From Macrostomum lignano (Eukaryota), in NCBI GenBank assembly GCA_002269645.1, contig NIVC01000143.1:372001-436000 (forward strand): a stretch of DNA of 64,000 nt, in the 5' to 3' direction. The number at the start of each line of letters is the position of its first letter. Within the stretch, counting starts at the first letter, position 1. A model generated the notes under the pieces. That model had not been told where the DNA came from. It saw only the letters and a program-made list of their open reading frames with translations, and did no database searches. A program made the translations under genes and the position numbers. Positions 1-12,149 of this stretch are shown one piece after another.

Positions 1-249
1 CAATGCGAAGGTTGAGTCAGTAATCCATCAAAAAATTAAAATTACTGTTGGAATAACTGGAGCTACAGGCTGGGCCTCTCACAGCTCTCTCTGACTGGCA
101 GTTTAAACAGAGATTGTAAATCATACACTTATAAGCTGCCGGCCTAAAAAATGGATCCCAAGTTTAAATGTTGTAAAATTAGAATATTCTACAATATTAT
201 GGCTTCGAGGCTATTCTCATGTAATTATAACTCTCCAATAGTCTGTGAT

Positions 250-960
250 ATTTTTCAAGCCAATATCCCTTCATCTCTCCTTCCCTCTCTTCCTTCCTTC
301 CCTCCCTTCGTCCCTCCTTCCCTCCCTTCCCCCCTCCTTCCCTCCCTTCCCCCCTCCTTTCCTCCCTTCGTCTCTCCTTCCCTCCCTTCGTCCCTCCTTC
401 CCTCCCTTCGTCTCTCCTTCCCTCCCTTCGTCCCTCCTTCCCTCCCTTTGTCCCTCCTTCCCTCCCTTCGTCCCTCCTTCCCTCCCTTCATCTCTCCTTC
501 CCTCCCTTCATCTCTCCTTCCCTCCATTCGTCCCTCCTACCCTCCCTTCGTCTCTCCTTCCCTCCCTTAGTCTCTCCTACCCTCCCTTCGTCTCTCCTTT
601 CCTCCCTTCATCTCACTATCCCTCCCTTCATCTCACTATTCCTCTCTTCATCTCACTATCCCACCCTTCATTTTACTATCTATCCCTTCATCTCAATATC
701 CCTCCCTTCATCTCACTATCCCTCCCTTCATCTCAATATCCCTCCCTTCATCTCACTATCCCTCCCTTCATCTCAATATCCCTCCCTTCATCTCACTATT
801 CCGCTCTTCATATCAATATTCTTCTTTTCATCTCAAAATCCCACCCTTCATCTCACTATCCCACCCTTCGTCTTACTATCCCTCCCTTCGTCTCACTATC
901 TCTCTCTTCGTCCCTCTATCCTTCCCTCCATTTCTCTTTCTGTCCCTTCATCCATCCACA
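250..960. repeat. CT-rich minisatellite, about 20-bp unit
   Basis: Tandem CCTCCCTTCGTCCCTCCTTC units grading into CCTCCCTTCATCTCACTATC; the P/S/L-rich ORFs here are read-throughs of the repeat. Confidence 0.95.
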
Positions 961-1699
961 GTCTCTCATCTTACCTAAATTCAATAAGGGGAATGCAGAT
1001 CAAAACACTTTTATACACAATAGACCATTTAAAAAACTTCAATTTAATAGAAATAGTTTTTCCAAATTAATTTTTTTAAAACATTGAAAACACCCAAGGC
1101 AGCTTTTAGATGAAATTAAAATTAAAATTTTAATTATAAGTCGGTTTTTTTCCAAACAGCAAAAATGGACTAAAATGCTTATATTTCTACTAACTATAAT
1201 CGACCAACCTGCATATCTAATGATAAATTAACGTAATAAACCTGTCCTATCTAGCAAATTCAACCGCTAAAATGACTACTAGACATTTATCTAAGGGCCT
1301 GAACTTAAATGACCTAAGCAGCTTATCAAAAGAAAACTATAAAATTCCAACAGAAGTCACGCAGGCTGGAAATGTAACCATGAGATCTAGATAAGAAAAA
1401 TTGAGAATGCAAATTTCTCCACGCGTGTACTTTGTCTCAATGCGTGTACAAGCTTATAAAAATAAGTACAGATAATTCTAATTGGGCAATTAAGTAGAAA
1501 AGTTCATAATTAGATACGGTTTGGATTTTAATTGCAATAAAAAAGTCAATTAAGCAAACGAATTAACAGTTAAAAGAATTATTGAGCAAAAATTAAGGCA
1601 CACAATTTCAATCCATTTCAATTTCAATCATTCCAATAAAGAAGAGCGCGTAGCATGGGCGGATCATGTAGAAAGATCGGAGATAGAGATTTGAGATAA

Positions 1700-2530
1700 G
1701 ATGTGTGATATTAATGATGAGAGATCGGAAATAAGAGACTAGATGACAGATTGGAGATTAAAATGGAAAAATTAAAATTGATAAAAGATTGAAGTTGGGA
1801 AAGAGATTAGAGATAGGAGACTAGAGATTAAGAAAATGAGACTAGAGATGGGAGATTAATGATTGAAGATTGGAGATGGAAGATCAGAGATTGCAGATAG
1901 GAGATTAGAGATTGGAGACGTATGATTAGAGATTGGAGATGGAAGATTAGAGATTGGAGACGGGAGATTAGAGATTGGAGATGGGAGATTAGATATTGGA
2001 GATTAGAGATTGGAGATGGGGGATTAGAGATTGAAGATGGGAGATTAAAGATTGGAGGTTAGAGATTGGAGATGGGAGATTAGACATTGGATATGGGAGA
2101 CTAGAGATTGGAGATGGGAGATTAGAGAATGGAGATGGGAGATTAGAGATTGAAGATAGGAGATTAAAGATTAGAGGTTAGAGATTGGAGATGGGAGATT
2201 AGACATTGGAGATGGGAGACTAGAGATTGGAGACGAAAGATTAGGGATTGGAGATGGGAGATTAGAGATAGGAGATTAGAGATTAAGAATATGAGACTAG
2301 AGATGGGAGATTAATGATTGAAGATTGGAGATGGGAGATTAGAGATTGGAGATGGGAGGTTAGAGATTGGAGATAGAAGATTAGAGATTGGAGATGGGAG
2401 ATTAGAGATTGGAGATTAGAGATTGGAGATGGGAAATTAGAGATTGGAGATAGGCGACTGGAGATTAGAGATGGGAGACTAGAGATTAGAGACAGGAGAT
2501 TAGAAATGCGAGATTAGAGATTGGAGATGG
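1700..2530. repeat. GA-rich minisatellite, about 21-bp unit, just downstream of the ACOT-A stop
   Basis: Tandem GGGAGATTAGAGATTGGAGAT-like units. Confidence 0.93.
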
Positions 2531-2624
2531 GAGATTAGAGCTAGCAGAGTGGTGATAAGACACGCCAAAGATAAGACAGAGGTAAAGAGAACTGAACCCG
2601 CCGCAGACCCAGCCATCAGTCAGT

Positions 2625-5600
2625 CTACAACTTCGCCACCTGACGTCCATCATCTCGCCAGCCGAGTTCCTCATGAAACATTCGAATCATTCTGGCCCAG
2701 CTGTCCACCTGAGCCCGGTGGTGCCACTCCGGCTTGCCGCCGTAGTACATGTACACCTTGAGCAGGCCGTGGTAGCACAGAGCTGTGCAGGGGCTGATGG
2801 GCGGCTCCAGCAGGTGCCCAGCATCCGGGTAGGCAATGCGTTCAACATCAGTTCGGCCAGCTCGAACCAATCGATCAGCCAGCCGAGCCCCGGCTTCTGG
2901 CGACACCGAATAATCGTCTAGACAGGAGAAGAACAGGAATCGAGCCGAGGCCTGCTCCACGGGCAGCTCCTGGTCTCTGGTTGGTTGGACGCATTCGCGC
3001 AGGTCAATGCCAAGAGGATTTGGGGCCGCTTGCTTGATCTTGCTGGCGTTAAAGATCACCTGAGCGGGCAGCAGGCGGCCTTGGTACCTGTTGGTTAGTT
3101 GGACATTTAGGTATTTAGTTGGATATTTAGATATTTAGTTAGATATTAGGTATTTAGTTAGATATTTAGGTATTTAGTTAGATATTAGGTATTTAGTTGG
3201 ATATTTAGGTAATTTAGTTGGATATTTAGGTATCTTAGTTGGATATTTAGGTAGTTTAGTTGAATATTCAGCTATTTAGTGGGATATTTAGGTAGTTTAG
3301 TTGGATATTTAGGTACTTTAGTGGGATATTTAGGTAGTTTAATTGGATAGTTAGGTACTTTAGTTAGATATTAAGGTAGTTTAGTTGGATTTTGAGGTAT
3401 TGTTGGATATTTAGGTAGTTTAGTTGGATATTTAGGTAGTTTAGTTGGATATTTAGGTAGTTTAGTTGGATATTTAGGTAGTTTAGTTGGATATTTAGGT
3501 AATTTAGTTGGATATTTAGGTAGTTTAGTGGATATTAAGGTAGTTTAATTGGATATTTAGGTACTTTAGTTAGATATTAAGGTAGTTTAGTTGGATATTG
3601 AGGTATTGTTGGACATTTAGTTAGTTTAGTTGGATGGATATTTAGGTATTTGGTTGGATATTTAGGTAGCTTAGTTGGATATTTAGGTATCTCAGTTGGA
3701 TATTTAGGTAGCTTAGTTGGATATTTAAGTATCTTAGTTGGATATTTAGGTAGTTTAGTTGGATATTCAGCTATTTAGTGGGATACTTAGGTAGTTTAGT
3801 TGGATATTTAGGTAGTTTAGTTGGATATTTAGGTAGTTTAGTTGGATATTCAGCTATTTAGTGGGATACTTAGGTAGTTTAGTTGGATATTTAGGTAGTT
3901 TAGTTGGATATTTAGGTAGTTTAGTTGGATATTCAGCTATTTAGTGGGATATTTAGGTAGTTTAGTTGGGTATTTAGGTAGTTTAGTTGGATATTCAGCT
4001 ATTTAGTGGGATATTTAGGTAGTTTAGTTGGGTATTTAGGTAGTTTAGTTGGATATTTAGGTACTTTAGTTGGATATTTAGGTAGTTTAGTTGGGTATTT
4101 AGGTAGTTTAGTTGGATATTTAGGTACTTTAGTTGGATATTTAGGTAGTTTAGTTGGATATTTAGGTATTTTAGCTGGATATTTAGGTATTTTAGTTGAA
4201 TAATTAGGTAGTTCAGCTAGATACTTTATTTTTTATAGTTAAATGTTCACGTATTGAGTTTGATATGTAATTATTTAAGTTGGATATTCAGTTTTTTTAG
4301 TTGGATATTTAGGAGTTTTGGTTGGATATTTAGGCATTTTAGTTGTATACTCAGTTATTTTAACTGACTAATTAGTTAGCTAGCTCAGTCACGCTCATTT
4401 CCCTCCTGAGCACGCTCACACAGAGTGTACCGCACAGCGTCCCTGACTGAACCCCGAAGCCAGCAATTGCCCAGCACCTGGCCTGATAGAAGTTCCTGCA
4501 CGGGGTGCCGTTCAGCCAGGCCACCGCTCGGATCTTGTCGCCAAACAGAATGGCAGCATTAGCAACAATATCTGCTCCAGCGCTGACCCCGATCAGGCCA
4601 ACTCCACCTTTGGGACCCAGTCGGCTGTAGGGACAAGCGAGCATAAAGTCAACAGCCTCCTCAAAGTAGTCCATATCGTATTCTACAATCGTGTCGGGCA
4701 GGTCTTCATAGTTGAAGTAGGCCAGGGCAAGCACGCTGAAGCCCTCCTTGGCCAGCAGGGCTGATCGGTGCTCCATCAGGCCACCACCGGTGCCGAACAG
4801 GTCAATCACCGGTGGACAGGAGCGCTGCGACCGGGGCTTGAATAGTGCGCCTGGAGTGGGATTTGAGCATGGGGTGGGATTTGAGCATGGGGTGGGATTT
4901 GAGCATGGGGTGGGATTTGAGCATGGGGTGGGATTTGAGCATGGGGTGGGATTTGAGCATGGGTGGGATTCGAGCATGGGGTGGGATTTGAGTATGGGTG
5001 GGATTTGAGCATGGGGTGGGATTTGAGCATGGGGTGGGATTTGAGCATGGGTGGTATTTGAGCATGGGTGGGATTCGAGCATGGGTGGTATTCGAGCATG
5101 GGTGGTATTTGAGCATGGGTGGGATTTGAGCAAGGGGGGGTTTGAACATGGGTGGGATTTGAACATGGGTGGGATTTGAGCATGGGTGGGATTTGAACAT
5201 GGGTGGGATTTGAACATGGGTGGGATTTGAGCATGGGGTGGGATTCGAGCATGGGTGGGATTTGAACATGGGGTGTGATTTGAGTATGGGGTGGAATTTG
5301 AGCATGGGTGGGATTTGAGCATGGGTGGGATTTGAACATGGGTGGGATTTGAGCATGGGTGGGATTTGAGCATGGGTGGGATTTGAGCATGGGGTGGGAT
5401 TTGAACATGGGTGGGATTTGAGCATGGGTGGGATTTGAGCATGGGGTGGGATTCGAGCATGGGTGGGATTTGAACATGGGGTGTGATTTGAGTATGGGGT
5501 GGAATTTGAGCATGGGTGGGATTTGAGCATGGGTGGGATTTGAACATGGGTGGGATTTGAGCATGGGTGGGATTTGAGCATGGGTGGGATTTGAGCATGG

Positions 5601-6396
5601 GGAGGGATTTGAGTATGGGTGGGATTTGAGCATGGGGAGGGATTTGAGTATGGGTGGTATTTGAGCATGGGTGGGATTTGAACATGGGTGGGATTTGAAA
5701 ATGGGTGGGATTTGAGCATGGGGAGGGATTTGAGTATGGGTGGGATTTGAGCATGGGTGGTATTTTAGCATGGGGTGGGACTTGGGCATGGAGTGGGATT
5801 TGAGCGCGGGTGAGGCTCGAGCAGGGTGGGATTCCTGGGAGATTTGGGAATTGGGACACAGACTAATTCCAATCAACAGCGGTTAGAGCTCAACACAAAA
5901 GCAACTTATATAAAACCCCAGGAAGCAATATTTTACCTCTCAGCCGTCCAACTCTAACAGGAATTCGCTCCACAGAATCGGCCAGGTAAGTTCGTTCAAG
6001 ATTAGCCGAACAAAATGGCTTAATCTCAGTTTCAGGGTTAGTCAGCTGTTCCCAGGTCACGTGACCCGGCAGGGCAGTCAGCTGATATCGTAGCGGGATT
6101 TCAGCTTCGCGTCTTAACAACCTCAGACCAGATTTCTCAGCCGGATCCTGCAACAGAGACCAGAACAGGCCCATACTGTCCACACCTGTGTAGGTGCCGC
6201 CTAAGCTGCTGCTAGAGTCCGGGCTTAAGCATCCTGAGCTGTCAGACATGTAATGCCCGAATGCCGAGAACGATCCATAGCTCTCTTTGATATTTAGTCG
6301 CAGTGTTACTGGGGCATTGCTAGGCAGATTTTCAACACGGATCGAGATTCGTTCGTCTACTAGAGAGCGCGGCTTGTCAATAGAGATGGTTGCCAT
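2625..6396 (-). CDS. ACOT: Acyl-CoA thioesterase (ACOT/BAAT family), paralog A, 3 exons, about 431 aa, predicted peroxisomal
   Basis: Exons 6396-5937, 4850-4478 and 3087-2625 join in frame through GT-AG introns (phases 1 and 2; 1296 nt). Motifs: MATISIDK N-terminal domain, VIDLFGTGGGLMEHRSALLA, LAYF, nucleophile GVSAG, catalytic DD and GH(LLEPP). C-terminal AKL fits PTS1. The family is clear; the specific ortholog is not. Confidence 0.93.
3090..4370. repeat. 21-bp minisatellite filling ACOT-A intron 2
   Basis: Tandem GGATATTTAGGTAGTTTAGTT; on the sense strand it runs up to the acceptor (aactaaccaacag). Confidence 0.95.
4853..5830. repeat. 17/18-bp minisatellite filling ACOT-A intron 1
   Basis: Tandem GGGATTTGAGCATGGG(G)T; abuts the acceptor ctcaaatcccactccag. 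Confidence 0.95.
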
Positions 6397-8149
6397 AGCA
6401 ACTGATGGGGAGCTAGTCAGCATCCCACGAGTGAAGCTTGGCAATGGCAACCAAACTGACTGGCGAGTTAAATATTGAAGCATGCAAGAATTGGCATGGA
6501 AGAGTTTGATAGAATGCAGAAATTCATGCACTGCTTTTCTACTATAAGTAGGAAAAATGCAAAATCTATAAAACATTATCGAAAATATTTGTATCAAAGC
6601 CTAGCATTAAATGACAGAAACATAGTTTCTTTGTTTAAATTTAAAAACCTACATTAGCAATTAGAGTTTCACTATAGCTAAAGATTTATCTATGGAAAGC
6701 TATAGATATGGAGGTTTTTAGACAAAGCATTATAAATATAGATATGTTTATAAGAATGCATATTTCCAATGTATAGTTTCCATATTTAGTAATATTGGCC
6801 ACTCAATAACTATGATAGAAAAGACTTGACAAGGATTGAAGCATAGTGAATTGGAGATTAAGGAGTGTTTTCTCCCTGACTACTAAAGAATGTTTTTTAA
6901 AACTTAGTTTAATGACTTTGCATTATTTTCTTAAAATGTGAAAAAATATATTACAAAAGATAACATTTATAGATAGCTAACTAATAATAAGGTGCCTTTT
7001 ATAGGAAATATAATATCTTTGCTTTTAGATTTTAAATAGTGATTATAAAAATTACATTACATTGCAAAGATTAAAATGACCAAAATTTGGCCAAAATATT
7101 AAGTCTATTTAATTATCTTTTCTTTTACTAATAGCTTCTATACTATAGCTAACAATTGTTAAAATTTTTGCTCTTACTAAAAATATTATTAATTGAAGTC
7201 AATTAGCATCATGGCTCTAACAAATCTGATATAATAATACTTATGCCTTATGGGATGGCTGCCTAGGACAGGTGGCACAACAATGTTGATTGGCTAGCAG
7301 GTGGTACTTGGCACTAGATACTAAGGAATAAAGGAAGTCATTATTTTGCATAAAATAATTAAATGTGCAAAACTAGAGGATAGCCCTTATTTATATATAA
7401 TACCATACTAGCTTTGGTCTGGACTCTACATAGATTACATTTATCTGATTTATGATTTATTTCAACTCTGTAAGTCTGTTAGTGGTATATTACACTATCA
7501 TAAAACTAAAGCTATTAATACTGATATGACAAATTAATAAAATTACTGCTGCATAGGCCATAGATGTTGTATATGGCGGTGATTCGAAGTTCGAACACTA
7601 CATATACCCCATTGGCTTTGTGAATGTTAGTGAGTGTGATCATTAAAATGCCAATGTTAAAACTAGAAGTAAATATACATAGGCATAGACATTGTAATTG
7701 GTTGTGGCTTATGGCTTATGCTTAAAAATTTAGTAACTCGCACTAAAACTATATACTAGGCCTCTAAAAACTTTCACGCGCTGACAACTTGATCCGCACT
7801 TTGACCTTTAAGCTTCTTATAACGTGATAATTATCCGTCGTTGCTCTAGACAGAGAGTGCATCCAGGTACTTCGTGAAACGATCTCGTAGTTTGTAGCAG
7901 AGCACAAATTGTTTCTTAGAAAACACGATAACTTTTTTGTAAAGAAAAACGAAATAGACCTACTTCTTGTTCAAAAGAGCATTAACGCTTAAAAGGACTG
8001 TAAAGTTTTTTGACTTTTTAAAAAGTTGTTTTAGTTAAAAAAGTTTTTATTAAGTTAATCAAATTTTTAAACAGTCACTGTAGTTTTTAAAAGTAAAACC
8101 AAAAAGGTCACCCTGATTTGTGCAACGAAATTTATGAATAAAATCTTTC

Positions 8150-8940
8150 GGCAGTTCCAGCTTGCAGCGCTCCCTGGAGGTGCTGGTTGCGGCTGCTGAG
8201 GTGGAACCACAGTGCAGAAAATGGCCACTGCCAACAAGGAACAGGTTACTTGGAGAGCTATCTTCGTGTCAGAGACCAAGGCCAGAATCCCTGGAGTGAT
8301 CAAAGTTCGTGACCAGGACTGCACCACAGCTCCAAAGTGTGGAGGGCTATTGACTCCTATCTGATTGGGCCCCTGACTGTCGAGGAGGGGATCTCCATCG
8401 GCATTTGAGCGGATGGTGCTCATGCGCGAATCACATTCGTTCTCATTCCTCCCGGCAGTGAGGAGGATGCTCAGAAGCTGCTGCTCAAGCTCAAGATGCG
8501 TCGAGAAAAGGGAAGGCTGCTGCCAACCCCGGCATCTCCGGCAAGAGCGCGGGGTGCAGTCTGAGGCGAAGGAAGGTGCAAGCCATCTTAAAGCTATGCT
8601 GTGCCTCGCCCCTCTGCTATACTAGAAGCAATTTGGCAACCGTGGCTCTGCTCCGGCCGGGCTCCGGGAGCAGAGCCAGAGCCCACCGGAAAGGGAGTTG
8701 AGAACGAGGCCAGATCTTTGGAATCTGAGCTCTCCTCGGCCAATCTGGTGGGGTCTGAGGGCAAAGATGCAGATGAGGAAAACTCCTCCATCCTATCATC
8801 AGACCCCGAGAACTCTGCCGGGGTGGGCTGGTGGGAGTAAGGAGACCATGATGTCGACCAAATCCCATCTCCGGGACAATCTCCAACGGCCTGGGACGAG
8901 CACAAACTGCTGTTCAAGTCTCCTTGATGGCCCGGGGTTT
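8150..8940 (+). pseudogene. Decayed coding sequence of unknown identity
   Basis: A GC-rich island where one frame gives protein-like text (VWRAIDSYLIGPLTVEEGISIGI*ADGAHARITFVLIPPGSEEDAQKLLLKLK; acidic/Ser-rich tail) broken by several stops, mostly TGA. No family recognised. Confidence 0.3.
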
Positions 8941-9199
8941 GAGACAGTTTTAGCATTTAGTTCAGTATGATGCTAAGCTCTACGCTGCTAAAGGAGCGAC
9001 ATTTCTGTTTACAAAAAATACAGCATTGTAAAAAACGACAACATTTATTGGCGTCATTCTGCATCAGAGAAACTGACCTCGCCGCCAGCCATCTCCAGGC
9101 TTGGCTGAGGACCGATCAGTTACGTCAGTTACTGAAAAAATTGAAAAACTGTAACATTTTAATTAGAATAAGATAAGAACAGAATAGTATTTTCTTATA

Positions 9200-9591
9200 A
9201 TACACTGAGAACTCCTGCAGGTGGTCGCGTAATGTTTTCGGATCCGATGCAGCTGCTCAGCTCCAGAAAGACTGCTTTACGTGGGGTTTTCTGAGGTGTA
9301 GCAACCAGGTGTAGGACGCCATGAAGTCCAGACTTGTGGGGTCGTCCACCCACTGCCGAGACGAGACTCCGTCCATGCGAGCGCCCTGCGCCCTCACTCG
9401 TACAGGTCACATTCAGCGACTCCACGAGGTTCCTCTGTCCCTCGGAGCCGCACACCAGATTCTCCAGCGCTGGACAATTGCGGATCATTGACTTACTTAA
9501 CTTAGCCCGGCTTCTTGCTCTGCGTCAGATCTCTGAGCGTGGTGGGTGAGGTCCCTGCCATAATGGCAGTGACGTCGTCAGCATACCCGAC
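9200..9591 (-). mobile_element. Non-LTR retrotransposon reverse transcriptase fragment (YADD region), degenerate
   Basis: Minus strand reads VGYADDVTAIMAG (YADD at 9585-9574), then after frameshifts LDFMASYTWLLHLRK, resembling the LD..LTW..H region of LINE RT. Confidence 0.6.
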
Positions 9592-10230
9592 GTGGTGGTG
9601 GTGGTGGTTCAGCCAGAGCTAGTCCGGGGGGGGCGCATCTGCGCCCCTATCCTCGCGACGACGGACAGCGACAGGTTTGATCCGAGGACCTCCGCCCGGA
9701 TGTCTGCGTGTGTCCGGCACTGGATCATGAGGTGTTTAAGGTCCTCCTTGGCTTTACCGCCTGCTGGGTAGGTCGGGGATGGCTCCAGACCGATGCGGTG
9801 GCGACATTTGCGGAGGCGGGGGCAGTGGCCGGTGCGAAGCTGGGCCAGGGTCACTTGGGCTTTGCGCCCGAAGCCCAGTCGTAGGCGTTTCGGTGGCCTT
9901 CCTTGTGTGGCAGAGCGATGCGTCGTGCAATGCTGGTCATTGTCGTAGACCTGGTCGATGGCCGAGCGAGTGCTGCGGAGGTCCAGAGGAGCGTCTGCTT
10001 GGGGGAGCCGAGCCGCGTCGCACGCTGTGCTGTCCGCCAGGTCGTTGAGCCGCAGGTCGCAGTGTCTGGGGACCCACTGAATGGTGATGTGGTGGCCCGG
10101 CGTGACTCTCCTGAGCAGAGCCCAGACGTCCCTGCAGCATGGCGAGAGGTGCGGTGATGGGCCAGCGAGGAGGCTTCGGAGCAGAGACTGCGAGTCCGTG
10201 GCGTAGCGGAGCCATTTCATTCGGAGTCAT
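9592..10230 (-). mobile_element. 5'-truncated RNase H-containing LINE (I-group-like): RNase H, CCHC-type C-terminus, (ACC)n tail
   Basis: ORF 9609-10220 has TDSQS and QWVPRHC.L.LND.AD (RNase H) and QLRTGHC...E...H....C. The stop is followed directly by five ACC units. Confidence 0.85.
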
Positions 10231-11737
10231 TTGGTGTCTTTCCCTTGCATTATCTGACAGTTGTCGAGATCCTTTCAAACACGAATGAGGTTAAAACTTC
10301 TGATTGCTGTAAAGACAATTATGCATGCTGTTTTGGGGCAGCAGATGCGATGAAAACTTAATCTTCCGAACAGCTTGATATGCATTGCCGATTGCTGTTT
10401 GATTGACATTGATAGAACTGTACGGCATCCTGTGAACTCTACGGCAGCCTAAATTAGAAAATCAAAGAGAAAATTTTAAATCGAACATAGTAAGCTTTAG
10501 CAAGGCTATCACTAAGTATCTGCATGTATAAGGAATAGAAGACACATCTTAAGCCGGGCGTCAAAGTGAAACTATTGAAGAAGCAGCACCCGAAAAACAA
10601 TCCGACGTCGCTCTAAAATATTTAATTTTACATTACAATGACGTTTAACCGACTTATAACATCGTTATCCGTCGGCGTAATGTAGAAATACTTATTATCA
10701 AGCGACGTTCATCGACATTGGGACATTGGGTACGTCGTCGGCACTTTGGAATGTTGCACGGGCCAGAAACCAGCCCAAACCTTACAGTCTGTAGAAGTCA
10801 GCATCGTGACGGACAGACCAGCACTCGCATAAGAAATTGAGAGATTTTCATGTTATCTCGTGTATTATCAAACCCCCGAATATGGTCCTTAGGAGTGGAC
10901 TGGACTCAGATTGGAGTGGGGAGTGCAGAGAGATTAATACTAGTAACATATGTGTTAAAACCTGTTAATGCGATTGAGTACTACGACTAGAAATAGGAGT
11001 TAACTAAATTAATGAGCATAGAGTGATCGAGGCACGTTTACCAGTATGAAAAAACATTAAGCCGGGGACAGGGAAGAAGAAGTATTGAATATAGTGCTAC
11101 ATGTACAAGTAGCAATGATAACACTCAGCCAAGAGACAGGAGCAAGCGACTAAAAAGGGAGTAAAGGAAAGGGAAGGTGTGAAAGTCCAGAGGCAGAAAA
11201 TGAAAAGCTGTGAAAGGAGTTGCATCAGATGCACGGGGGCGGAGAAGCAGTTCTACTCGTAGAAAGGCTCTGCACAATTGCTTTAGAATCGATTGCGTAC
11301 GTGGCTGGCTGAAATTTGGCATTTATTTACTTTATTAAACTGAGGCTCGTCTAATATTCTTTATGTAATTATAAAGATATTGTGGCGTCTGGCCTCTTGA
11401 GTGCTCTTGCACTTGGTCGTTCGAATTATTTGCGTGCGCCCTAGACGGCCATCCCCAGACCAGTCCCGGCCCGGCTTGAGTCCTCCGCCGCGGCGGCTAC
11501 TGATTGGCTGGGCTTGTGTTTTTCTTTTCTCTCTACTACCCGCGACGGCCTCTGATTAGCTGGGCCTGTGAGTTTGTGCTTTGCTCTCTAGCCCCCATTC
11601 AATCAGATCTGCTCGGCGGGCACGCTAATTGGCTGAAGGGTCGTTTCTTTTGTTTGGCGTCTCTCTCTCTCACACACTGTCTACCTCAGTCTGACCCCAG
11701 TCAGCATTTCCCTCCAAATTCTAAGTCAGTATCAGCA

Positions 11738-11785
11738 CAAGGACCACTAGGAACACTTTGTTGTAGTCTAGTACGGTAGTCCTTG
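11738..11785. mobile_element. 48-bp internally deleted hAT MITE
   Basis: Ends CAAGGACCAC...GTAGTCCTTG, the same family as 13636-13861. Flanks TATCAGCA/CATCAGCA match at 7 of 8 positions. The paralogous site near 23760 has no insert. Confidence 0.7.
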
Positions 11786-12149
11786 CATCAGCATTGGTGG
11801 ATCGTTGATGTGATAATGTTAATATTTCACGTCGCTAATTTTGACACTTCGCTGCCCGAAGCCTGAGATTCCTGAGGTCCCCCTAAGCCCTGTATGTAGA
11901 ATTAAAGAATGCACCACACCAATCCAAGTTTTAATTGCATGCAGATAATTAAAATGGACGCCTATTTTTTTAACCTTTTCCTCTCTTCAGTTGGTGGTCC
12001 AACTCTTTACTACTTCCAAAAACATTAGTTTAAAACCTTTAATAGCCTGACTATCAATATTTCCTCCCCGGACTAAATTACTAACAGTAGTACAAATGCG
12101 TATCTGTGCTATATCTGTGCCCCAGCCTCGGCTTGAAAGGCCGGCACGG

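Noticed and set aside
4372-5876. Long ORFs (495, 305 and 356 aa) of PHAQIPPMLKSH repeats
   Set aside because: These are read-throughs of the intron-1 minisatellite; only the 4850-4478 portion is the real ACOT exon, bounded by canonical splice sites.
10560-10770. Possible MITE with CCCG...AACA-type ends
   Set aside because: The inverted ends match only partially and no TSD was found.
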